A stretch of DNA of 64,000 nucleotides from Trichinella spiralis (Eukaryota): NCBI RefSeq assembly GCF_000181795.1, contig NW_003526943.1, positions 10,090,849 to 10,154,848 of the forward strand, given 5' to 3'. Made by a program: the position numbers and the translations under genes. The first letter of the stretch is position 1. The number at the start of each line of letters is the position of its first letter. The notes under the pieces are model-generated. The model made no database searches. It had not been told where the DNA came from and worked only from the letters and a program-made list of their open reading frames with translations. Below are positions 40,979 through 53,542 of the stretch, in pieces.

Positions 40979-43145
40979 TTAATTGCAAGCATCAGTGCCG
41001 GTAACCAAACTATTAAATCTAGCAAATATAGTAGCATCATCAATGCACACCGCTAATGCAGGTTCTTTTCTTTGACTTCTCTGAAAAGTAATAATGAGTT
41101 ATATTTTAAAAATTAAGTATTTACGAAAATACATTTACATGATATGGTTTGTCAATAGCACAGAAAATATTTCCAGGTTCCGTGACTGCCCATTGCGACA
41201 CGTCATTTTCAAGAGTACTTGCATCACCCGATACCGATATGGGAGACGTGATTAATTTAATATTTCTTCCCAAAATTCTGCAATCACTTTTCAATTTAGT
41301 ATCTCTTGTTGTCCACACTTTCAGATCTTTCTTCAATTTCCTTGAAAGAACTCTTTTGAACATCTCTAAAATTCAACTTTAATATAAGTTCATCAGATTT
41401 ATCATATGTTTTTTCTTTTTGCATTTGCACTCCTTCATCAGTTAAAATGCACAAATTGCTTGTTTATGGCAAGTTTTCATATTCGTAACTGTACTTCTAT
41501 AAACATGCAATGGAGTAGCAAAATTAGAATGAACAACAGCATGATTTATCATAGTTAATTCCTATCAATTTCGATACGAAACATCTTTAACATTGCAGTT
41601 ACTTTACAATATATTTTCCATACAGTATGTTTTACATCTTGGTTTCTCAGTTTTTACGAACTACATTACTAAGGCAAATCATTCACTAGTGAAATAAAAA
41701 TTTTATTGATATATTTTCAATAATTATTTGTATCGTAAAGCGGAAATTTTCAAATTTAGACTGGAAAACACACTGAATTGAAGCCACTCTAGTTTTCATA
41801 GCAACTTTGCAATAATGAACTTTTAAATCATCAAAAAAGTTCTTACCGTATCCAGATTTTTCACCTTTACTAAAAACTATAGCTTTTATTCCTGGATTTG
41901 CAGCTGTTTTTATGTCTTTGCTTATCGTCAAAGGAGGTAAGACACTGGAGTCACCGTTGAGCAAATTTTTCAAATTAGGCCTTGAATTAACTTCCGTTGC
42001 AGGAATGTCATGATGATATACTAGAGGTCTCACAATTCGTAATGCATGTGCTGAAAGTATTATTAATTAAAATATATTCATTACATTTACAATGATATTT
42101 GTGATAAACGAGTAGTTATTTTACTTTTATGCTGCTCTTTTTAAAAACAATCAGCAATCAAATTTATAAATACACAGTTTCACCAATTTTAAACTTTGTT
42201 TGATAAATTTATTTATTTATATTATAGAATAAAATGTTTTATATAACTAATATGTGGCAAATAAATTGTTTTTTCTCGAAGGATAGTTATCATATTTAAA
42301 TATATTTCTTATATGCTTCATATACTGTTCACCTATTACGTCCAGCTGCTCTTCTTTTATTGTAAGACAAACAAATAAATGTCCTTTTGCAATTTCTTCT
42401 GCAGGAAATGTATAAGCTTGCAATGCTTTAGGAAATCCCGGTACTGTGTGTATAATCCAAGCAGCAGAATCAGTAGGTTCAGGATCCATTATTAGAATGC
42501 CTGTAACAGCTTATGGTACATCCTTCGTTTGCATATTATTTATGCGCACACCTTTACTGTTTGAATTTGTTTGAACTCCCACCGCGTTTGGTGGTTTATT
42601 ATTGTAAGCTACAAATTTAGCATTTCGGTCAGCTGCAGCTACATGTTCAAGAGCTTTGCCAAAGGAATTTCCATTATTTAGGGTAATTTGCCCAGGTGAC
42701 GTTTGCCAAGCTTGATTTGTGGCAGTTATAATTTTTCCAGTATTCTGACCTGCCGCTTTATATAAAATCGCCCTATAGAAATTCCATACAAATGGTACGT
42801 AATGATTTTCAATTACTTGTGTTAGTGATTTTAATATAAATATTAATTATGGATATAAGATGTACAAAAACAAAGTATACGCATAAATCGAAAATTATGA
42901 TATGTCATGTTAGCACAGTTTCTCCAAAATATTAATAGATTTTTGATGGTGAAGATTGTTTATCTCAATTAAAATGAAGGATATAATGCAATTTATAGGC
43001 AAACAGTTCATAAGAATAATAATGACAACCAATAAGAATGATACCAGTCATCGTTTCCACCTCCATTAGGTGTTTGGCATTGAGATGTAGCTGTTACTGG
43101 ATTTGGCAGAATGAGCAAAAAAATGATTATCCACTTTGATTCCAT
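40979..43145 (-). CDS. Secreted DNase II / plancitoxin / p43-like family protein, multi-exon
   Basis: Signal peptide MESKWIIIFLLILP, then DWAILYK, FVAYNN.PP, SKG, WIIHTVPGFP, GHLFVCLT, DVSQWAV, FCAID and ALAVCI; stop after DACN. Confidence 0.9.
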
Positions 43146-45072
43146 AAAATAATTTATAACTGCTGCTATTGTTTCACTGGTAATTTATGGTTTATATGTT
43201 ATGTAATGTATGTCATTAGAATTTAACATAACACATGAACAGATGAACAAATGGTAACATGCAGCTGTATAATCAGCACTAATAAACATGATCTAATTAA
43301 TCTAATATTTTAATTTTGAATCACAATTGCAAATTCAGTTTTAGCTGAGCTGCTAAGTAAGAGGCAACAAAAATGAAAACATTGGCATTACTATGTTTCA
43401 TTAAAAATGCGTTAAAGATACGAATGTTTTAACTATGCTATTAAGCCTATTCAGTGCTATTAACAAAAACTACACTGATTTGAGGCAACCTGAAAATGTA
43501 TTATTTTGTATGAACGTGTAATATTAAATTTATTGCATGTTATTTTTCCTAAAATATCTATGACAAAAGTATCTCAAAATTTTAGTTCTTATTTTACATT
43601 TAACTCATTACTTTTGTTTACGACAAAGCATTAGAGTTTATTTAAAATCTGTGTATTTTTTTACTAAATTTTACATAAAAAATACACATTATTTATTTAT
43701 TCTTTGTCATGTCTCATTATTTTTTATCGGTCCTTATTTAGAAATTGTATTTTGTTCAGGATTTTGACTATGGCTGAGCATACTGCACAAAGCAAGCTGA
43801 AACTGCAAAGTTACAGTCTACTAAATTTGTGAGTCAGTCAGATCAGACTGGACCATAGAAGTCGGCGCGGTAAGCACACGCGTTTAGCATACCGAGAGCC
43901 AGCTACCAAATATAATTATCAACACATATATTTATTTATATTTGATAAATCTCAAATTTTCATTTGCTGCATTCATTTTATTCTAAAGTAAATTATATAA
44001 CCGAAAAATAATTTAAAATAAAAAACAAATTCATATAATGTGCACATCAGTTAAGATGTGCTATCGTATACACAAATAACAACTGACAGAAACAACGTCA
44101 GAATAATAAACAAGTAATGATAAATAGCAAATTAGGAAATGTGGGTATTATCAATGAATTGGAGCAGATCATTAAAAATGTCTGCGACCGCTCAGTAAGT
44201 AGCAGTTATTTACATGCTTAAATTATGCCGATAGAGATAAGATACAGGAAGCTCTTTGTCCCATACTGGCAATAATAATAAAGCTTTCTAGATTAACTAA
44301 AAATATGTTCACTTGCATGATTTGTTAATTCTTTCAAACATATATTTTAACATTTTTATTATTTAATCATGCGTAACATTTTGAAATGATAATATTGATT
44401 GATAAGAATTGTTGACAATTACAACATGATTTTCTTTTGTACTGTAGTACACTGTCATGCTGCAGCTGTGGAAATCATCGAACAGCGATTAAATGTGAGT
44501 ATTTTAATATTTTTAATGAACTTAATTTTTTAAATTGTAATGTAATTATGCATGCTACTGTATTTTTTGGATTATGTGATAAATAAAAATCGATTTTGCA
44601 GTAGAATGTTAAAATAAGTTAGAAAGTAAGTAGTTTTAATTTTTTGAGAAGTATAATATGTAATTACTTCAATAACGAAATTTTGTTCATAAGAATAGCG
44701 GATTTAAAATAAAGTAATATTGTATCAAACAAGTTGAATAGGAAATATTTTTAGTTATTATTGGAAGTGTGGTTAGGTAGTGGGATGAATTTCCTAAGTT
44801 ATAAAACGTGTGTTAATTAGTTTAAAGTTTTGAATTTAAGTTAAAATCGATGTTGACTATAATTTTAAGTTTAAAATTTGCATTTGTTTTAAATTTTATT
44901 ATCAATTGTTTATTATTCATTATAAAATGAATTTGTCATTTAACTGCATAATAGTTTTATGAGTAAGTTGCTTTGTTAGTGGATATGACAGATGAGAAAT
45001 TTGCCATGCGGTACCACGTTAAAATTTCATATTTTTGTTTTAGTTCATTGCAGTGTTGTTTGAAGTGAAACA

Positions 45073-47331
45073 ATGAATGTTTCCTTCTCAGGATGTGGTT
45101 TCCTCGGTATCTACCATATTGGAGTGGCATCTGCGTTACAAAAATATGCTCCAGACTTTTTACTGAACAAAATTGGTGGTGCATCTGGTGGAGGCATTGC
45201 AGCCTGTGCATTGATCTGCAACATTTGTTTGGGTATGTTGTTTTTTTTTGTTTGTTAGGATGGTTTATAATACAAATCGACGTGAAATTTTTAAATTATG
45301 TGTGAATGAATTTCAAATGAAAAAAGCTTTTTTTCATTACATTATTCAGGACAAGCTACTAGTGTTGTACTGAAAGTGGCGATCAAAGCTCGAAAGAATG
45401 CGTTGGGTCCGTTGCATCCGTCGTTCAGTTTGAATAACATTGTTCGAGAAGGTTTGATGAACTCATTGCCAGACGATGCACACAAAATTGCCAGTGGTCG
45501 ATTGCACCTTTCGCTAACACGTTTGTCGGATGGACGTAACGTGATGGTCTCAGAGTTCCATTCCAAGGAAGATCTGGTCGATGCTTTGGTTTGCAGTGCA
45601 TTTATTCCATTTTACTCTGGCACGAAAGCTCCGAAATTTCGAGGCGAAGTTGGAAATTCTTTTTGCATTTTGTTGTATAATGCAAGCGAATGCATTTGTA
45701 TTTTTTTTAAAACAGAAATACATTGACGGTGGATGGTCTGACAATTTACCTATATTGGGCGAGAATACCATTACCGTCAGTCCATTCTCGGGTGAAGCGG
45801 ACATTTGTCCGGTGGATGCAGATTCGGAATCATTTTTGAATTTCAATTTTAAAAACACCAGCATTCGTTTTACAAGCAGAAACATGTATCGTATTGCAGT
45901 TGCACTTTTTCCTCCTCACCCAGAAGTGATGTCAGATATGTGTCAACAAGGATTTGAAGATACCCTTCGCTTTTTGGCATCTCACAGTAATTATGGAATA
46001 GCACCATAGGAGAAGTTTCGAAGCAAGATTTTCTGTTTCAGATTTGTTCCATTGTGCGCATTGCATTGCTGTTCGCTCCTGTGTTTTCATGAAAGATGAA
46101 CAACAGCGCAACAGTGAAGAGGGCAGCACAGAGCGCGGGCGAGTATTGCCGAGGCGTGTTTCCATTACGACGAACCCTGATCATCGGCCAATAGAGTTCG
46201 ATTGCAAACGTTGCAAAGATACCGCCGCCAGGGCTCCTCGCAAGGGTCTGCCAGATGTCATCAGAGCTTGTAAAATTGGCTTTGCTTTTCAAAATTTCCT
46301 CATTTCATTAATGCATTTTGCATATTTTCAATTTAGCGTTCAGCGAAGCAATTGCGTACGAAAATTCCATTTTGCGATACTTCTTTTATAGTCGACCTGT
46401 TACTCTGTTGAGAATTTTATCTTTACCGTGGATGTTGCCGCTTGATCTCAGTTTTCTGATGATGAAAAAGTAATCGTATAATTAATTCGTTTTATAAGTT
46501 TAAAAATTTTTTACAAAACTGAAGTTCCATTTCAGATTATTTGTCGGTGTACCATCGCAAATGATTAGGGCAACCAAAGATGTAATGCAGTTTATTTTCA
46601 ATCAAGTTGACATACAGAATCGTTTCTACGGGCCAAGGTTTTATTATTTTATTATTAATTTTTTTCCAATTTTACATTTTTCTATATTTTCAGTTTCAAA
46701 TGTAGCTTGAATGTGAAAGATTTGAGCTACTCGACATTTTCTGCGGACGTTGCGAGCAATTTTGATGCGTTGCAGGTTCATCGCAATTTCAGTTTGCCAA
46801 CTGCGTCCACTGAAAACAATCAATATTTGATGAGAGAAATGAAATTCGATTTTTTGGTCGATGGTGACGATATACCGAAAAATGAGACAACGCAAAAAAT
46901 TTCAAATATCATTACAAATGACGATTTGAACGATGGTATGCAGTTGTCTTCTGATTCGGTTGGCAAGGCTGTGGAAGAGTTGGAATGGGAACGTTTACAG
47001 CAAGCATCTATCTTTAAGGAAGGTATGAATGTGTCGGATGGTTCGGCAGTGTCTGGTGTGAAATTGAATCTTTGTCATAAATTTTGACTCATTCCATCAG
47101 AGTATATTATTTAGATTCTGAAAATGTTGGCTCACTTGACGAGGTGTTGGACTATGCAAGGAAGCATGACGCGCTGATGGCTTTTTATTATTTGGATGAG
47201 CAAAATCTTTTGAAAGTGAGGGAATTTTTTCAGCTCGAAGAAAGCTCATCAAGTAAAGAAATGGAAGGTGAGCAAAATGTATGAAATTTGGAACAAGTTT
47301 ACAGAATTTTTAATATATTATAGATTTATAA
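45073..47331 (+). CDS. PNPLA2: Patatin-like phospholipase PNPLA2/ATGL (atgl-1-like), multi-exon
   Basis: [15 protein letters not shown] oxyanion loop, GASGG nucleophile elbow, [39 protein letters not shown]. Confidence 0.92.
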
Positions 47332-47981
47332 CTTTTGCAAAGGCAGGACGAAAGAATTCCAACACCATTTCAAATGCGTTTTCAATTCAAGCAGTATTAA
47401 CCGTTTTTCATTGTTTTCAATGTACTGCTTTTGTGATATCGTTATTTAGCATTCATTGTGTTAAATTATTTTTCAACTTTTTAAATTTTATGTAGTCTGT
47501 TTTATTTTTGTTTATCAGTTTTTAAAGCCGTTTATTTTATTTTCCATGCTGTTGAAGTGATGAAAGTGCTGTCTGTTCATGTTATTTTAATGGAAATCAG
47601 TTGAAATAAAGTATGGTGATTCAGAAAAGAGCTCTTGTTGAAGTTTATTGTGTTTTATTTAGCTTTTTTCTGTTAATTTTTCAGAAAAATGTTTTTCAGT
47701 GATGCATCTGTACCTAGAAGTTTGCAAGAAAAGTATAGTGCAGATAATGTTCTTTTATTTATTAAAAATAATGTTTTTTTACTGAAAAGAAGTGCAAAAA
47801 TAATCGTATTAGCACTGATTTAAGCATTTTTGTTGAATTAAATGTGAGAATAGCTATCTGTGCGCATTTAGGCAAAAAAATATATGCATATTTTGCTGTT
47901 TATGCTGAAGAAGAAGAAGAAGAAGCATACTGTCAGCGTAAGGTATAATCACTGATTGAAAATTGTTCAACTGCATGCAAA

Positions 47982-50391
47982 TCAGATGATCAAGTATGAA
48001 ATGAAAAATAATATGTATATGGTGAGAATCAAAAAGAAAATTGCCCGACGCATGACAAATGCCTGGTCGAGTGGAGCCGTGTTTTCAGAAGTTTGCGTAT
48101 CAGCCGTTTCCGCGGCTCTGGTTGATTGTAAGAGACTGACGTAACCATCCCCTGGACGATTCAGACGAACTCCTTTCCATGAGAATAGGGCAGATTTTTT
48201 GGCCAAGGAAATCAACGGTGTAAATGCTTTGTTCTGCATGGATACGACGCGTTCATTTTCGAAAGTGATGTGCAGCAGTAGGATGAAGCCGGAAATGATG
48301 AAATTCAACGCATTGGCAACAGCTAAAATTATAGGGGTTGTGTTTATTTTTGAATACAATGAGAAAATGAGAAAATTTCATACCAATCTTAGGTGTGCGA
48401 CCAGCAGCTGGTGGCAGTTGCTTCAAAATGCCCCAAGAGAAAAACGCTTGACCAAACAAGGATACCAAGCTCAAGGCTATGGCGTGTGTGTTGTCTTCTG
48501 TCCAAAAGGCGAATAAGTTTAGCAAAGCGAAAAGAACATTTGGCAGCGTGTCAACCAAATAAAAGTACGGTCGAGAACGTTTTATGTGAAAATCTAATAT
48601 CATTGCCGTCCACATATTTTTTAAATTGTCCATCTTTGGCGATTCAGTCACATATCCGTTCGGACTCCAGTACACTCTGCGATGAGTTACATTCAGTAAT
48701 TTCCAACCTGCAGTTGTTTGTCCGGAATTGTAACTCAGGAATGATGCATCTACTCCACTCTGAAATTTAAATTTTTTAATTTCTGATTTATTTATTTCTG
48801 TATTTATTTTCTTGTACTTTGAAATATTTTTGTCTGATTTTACAATGAATAACAATTTTAATATTTACTTATTTAATAAATTTATCCTTATTGTTCAAAA
48901 AATGTAATTGTTAATTAAGAATTTATAAATGCTATTAAGCAAAAATATTTTCTGCAATTAATAAACGATACCTTGGCAAGCGCAAAATCTGACCAATCCC
49001 AGTCGATTTCAGTCGCGTCGTACATCCATGCAGACATGACAGCTTGGCATTTTTGCTCATCTACTGGAAAATGATGGAAGTCAAATTTACAGGAGAATGA
49101 AAATCGAAAATCTTGAGTTGATTGCAATGTTCCATTGGAATGCAACAGCAGAGGATATCTGCCGTAAGAAAGAGAAGCCTCTTGACTTTTAGCTCTGAAA
49201 ATACCTATCACTTAAAGAATTTCCAATAGTTATATTTCGGAAATAAATTCACAGTGTTGCATTGCAAATGCAGAATCTCAATCAAATGCTACCCATTTAT
49301 TTAAATTTAGCTACAAAGTATAAAGTAAACATTTAAATAGTGCATTCTTTTGAACAATTTCTAACTTACGAATTAAAAACTGTTAAATCTGGCTGCCACA
49401 CAGTCCAAGATTCAACCAAAATGCTGGAACTTTTGTTATACACGGTAGCATTCCACGAAAGTCTCTCATCTGTCCAGCTCTATTTAAAAAAGAATAAAAG
49501 AAAAAGATATGCTCTTCAGAGTTATTTCTTTTTTCTCATCCAAGAAAAAATGTTCACTACTGATGCTTTACTGTTGGCAGCTAAATACACTTATCATAAA
49601 ATATAATTTTCACATAGTGAATAAACAATGAACAATTTAACTTTTACAATAATTTGACTTGGACAAATAAAAAACTGCGTTATTTAAATTTTAGCAATAT
49701 TACTGATTTATTTTGTCATTTCATCATTTTAGCGAAGTATTACCTCATTAGATTTAAACTTTATTTTACACTGAGATAAATTCTCCGCAAATAGTAAATG
49801 TTTTATAACATAAAAAAAATCTAATCTCAAATAAAAGCTTTTGCATTTTTGTGTAATAAACAGCATTAGAATCGTATTGCATTTAATTTTAACCAGCATA
49901 ACCATTTTGCTTGAAATGAAACTCAATTTATCTACAAATTAAAGATATTTTTTTGAATAAGTTATACGCCTGACTTGATTATTATTATTTAATAATATCA
50001 TTCAACTTCACAACTTAAAAATTAGAAACTTACCAGTATTACAACAGCATTGACAGACATGGTTTGTTGCACATCATCCTAAAAATTTAGACAACTTTTA
50101 AATTAAATGAAGGAAATCATTGAAGAAAACAAAGATCGTACAACTTCTCGAATACGCTTTACATGAACAGCCATTTTTACCAATGTTTTGTAGCTTTTGA
50201 CTGATGTCGGCCGTAGTTTACGATTATACTTCCTCAAGAGTTGTTTTTCGAGTTGAAATCTGGTTAAACTACTGTCAGTTGTTTCGATTGAAAAATCTAA
50301 ATTAAATACATAATTGAAAAAAAAAGATTTAAATCATAACTCGTATACATATTAAAATGGCCGTGAGATGAACAAGCGACGCAAATTTCAT
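47982..50391 (-). CDS. Divergent Cys-loop ligand-gated ion channel subunit (non-alpha, orphan/CUP-4-like)
   Basis: LLRKYNRKLRP, SWTDERLSW, VWQPDL, Cys-loop CKFDFHHFPVDEQKC, SAWMYD, IKRSRPYFY, and four hydrophobic segments. Confidence 0.87.
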
Positions 50392-53269
50392 GCTGAATTA
50401 CTTTTCATCACAGACGAATGTTTGTTTGATTGAAAGCTGTTAATTCTGCTCTATATTATCAATTTTATAATCAATCTACATTATCTCTCAGATTAAATTT
50501 CAAACGGATGGCACGTTGGAAAAATATTTTACGGTATCAGTTTCACAGCATAAAATTATGGAGTGAAATTACACACACACACACGCATAAATGTCATGAC
50601 TTAACATTGGCTTTTCAAGTAATCAGTTATTAAATACATTATTAGAAATTACTTTCTAGTAATACAAAAACATCGTAACTGGAATTTGCTAAGTGGCTGA
50701 TGAGAAGTGGTTTTAAAGGCATCATTAATGACAAAAAACATAAAACTTAAGATGAATAACTTGTAAAGTGTTAAAATTAAACAATGATTAAACTCGAGAT
50801 TTTGAAATTTAAACTTGCATGATGTATGATAATGAGCAAAAATGCACATGAAATAGTCATAAACTATAAATAACCATTATAATTTTATGTTATCACTTAC
50901 TGAACATTTAAAATTTAAGGTTAACGATTTTAATTTATTATTTGCGTTTTTGCATCAAAAAGAAATTATTTTAAATTATTTCAGTTAAAAGTAAATTCAC
51001 AACTACACTGCATCTTCCTTTCCAATACATAACTGTAAATTTTTTAACCAGTGAGAAAATTTGTTTTAAGATATTGTTTTAAGATAATATGTGTATTAAG
51101 ACACATAATTTTCCAGTATTGCTTATTATTGCTTCTGCATTTCAGCAAACAATGAACGAAATGTTTGAAATAGTGCAGCCATTTTTTTTCTGCTCAATTG
51201 CACAGTAATAATTAATTTGCAGTAATGAGCATGCTCTTTTATTTGACTGAAAGTACATTTATTTACATTTATAATGAGCATGCCGTTTTATCTGACAGCA
51301 ATTTATTTTACAGCCTCTCGCTTTGTAGTTAGTAATAGAGTCGATGATAGAGCTTTCTTTCGATTAAATGACAAACAAATAAATTCTGGACACATTACGT
51401 TGAAACAACTCCAATATCCCATCACCTAAATGTTGGATAAAACACGCCATACAGTATACTTCCATTACTTGGCACAACAGTCAGCGCGTTCGTTGAACTC
51501 ACAAAACATTTAACACAATCATTTAGTAAAGCATTCATTTAGAATTCAGCATTTAGAATATAAATTTCTGCCACAAGTGAGCAAATTTTGAGTTCACAAC
51601 ATAGCAAAGCTAACAAAATTTGAAATCTGGATAAAGCCTGTAGGCAATTAATAGGCATCTGGGTATTGAAAATTGCCATTCTCCCATTGCCCATCAGAGT
51701 GCTTACTATCACATAAATGTAGTGCATAAATTGGTTAGTGAAGTTGTTTCTGAAAGCAAAAGAAAAGAACAAATTGTTTGCTATTAATTTATCAATCAGT
51801 TTTTTAGTTTTTCTCAGGTACGACTTGTAGGAAACTGCAACAGCCACACCTTCCAGCGTAATGCTAAAAGGTTGTTACTCTTGAGTAGCTAAAATTTATT
51901 AGTGATATTGAGATATAATAGGGTTTTGAAGAAAGGGTGATATATTTCCATTAACGAATAAATTAAAAAGTTTACTTGAGAATCTTAGTAAATACTAATA
52001 TTTATTATGTATTTTATTGTTGGCAATCATAATGGTATCAGAACAATACAGATGCACTTATAAAGTCACTTTTTGAATTTGATCCACGTGTATATGTAAG
52101 AAACTTTTTGTATACATGAAACGAAATTTATTCCGTAAAAAAATAATGATAAAAAACCTTAGTCTGCTATTAATTGCTTATCACACTTTAAATACTCTCC
52201 TTTAAAACTTTATTTAATTAGTGCTCACAAGGGAGTGACGATAAGTTCAAAGCAAATGGCATCTCTGTAAAAATTAGTTATTACAAGTTAAAATGTTTGA
52301 GTATCATGTAAGCATAATTACATATTATATAATTTATATAAATATAAATTAAAATTAAGGCAATGAAAATAAATAAAATAAAACTTCTGAATAAACAATA
52401 TTCATTGGGTTATGTTCAGCAGGCAACTCATTCTCTTCTCCTCTGAGTCATTCCCTATTAAGCAATATTTAATTTTATAAATTCAAACAGTGAAACATGC
52501 AGAACAGCTGAGGCTAAAAGGTCACCATTTACCAAATTTCCAACAAACAAATGCCTTATTATCAGATTATCATACTGTAATAATTGCTGTACTGACCCAT
52601 AAGTGAAAAGAGTTATTTTTGCAAAGTCGACCTAACTAATTGCTGAATACTAAAAAACTGAAAAGCAAAAGTTTAAAGCGTGTTAGCATTCCCACAATGA
52701 CAACGAATAGCAGCTAACTGATCTACTAATCTATGCAGTTTTGTGAATACTGTAGAAGTGTTCATTGTAAGATGACCTGATTGTCTTTTGCCATATTTAA
52801 AGTACAACAAAATAACAAAGACTTATTTGGTAGCTGCTGCAGCAACGCGTTGTGTGCTCAAAATGCGTGACGATGAAAGAAACAGGTAAGTAATTTCGAT
52901 TAAAGTTTAATATTCTTCTAACTTTTATTTTTTTGAAGAAGTTTAAGAAACCTTAATGACAGAGAGTTGGATTATGGTTGGCTGTACTGTATGCTGAATA
53001 AGATTTTCAACAACAAATCGCATTTCAGGATGAGATGAGCGAGGGGGAAGATTACACATATGGTGCGTTGAGCAACGAAAAAGCTTTGTAGAAGTTGAAA
53101 CCTCCATTAATCATTGTGGTGATATTCCTGTACAGTACTAAGATTTGATTTGGATGTTCAAAAATTGCGGTTGCCTACCAAAGAAACGATATATTAGGCA
53201 GTCACAATACGGAGATCGTGGGGCAACAAAGATGTAAGTGATAACAGAGCTGTTGAACGCAAAGTATCA

Positions 53270-53445
53270 TTAACAAAGATTTCAGTGTACCTAGAGGCGC
53301 TCGAGCATACGCAATAGTCAACGGCCAAGGACAGACTCCAACCAACGGTTCAATGCAAGAATGTCTCAACTTCAACAAAAGGTTCAACTCTAGCCGAGCC
53401 GTACAATAAGAACGACAAGCGTGTTGAACAGGATCACGTTTCCAT
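53270..53445 (-). pseudogene. LRRK (lrk-1-like) kinase-domain fragment, cut by the gap upstream and degenerating downstream
   Basis: WKRDPVQHACRSYCTARLELNLLLKLRHSCIEPLVGVCPWPLTIAYARAPLGTLKSLL resembles LRRK kinase subdomains III-V; no catalytic-loop or DFG-type exon is seen downstream. Confidence 0.68.
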
Positions 53446-53542
53446 NNNNNNNNNNTTCAGTGTTCCGTATTTATTTTATTTGTTATTGCTGCGTATTGTT
53501 TAATTTTTTTTACATTCATGATAGACTATTTCTTTGAGAAAG

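Noticed and set aside
51223..51300. Two imperfect copies of TAATGAGCATGC...TGAC about 49 bp apart
   Set aside because: Only two degenerate units, consistent with a local duplication; no array structure. No CRISPR-like array was seen anywhere in the window.
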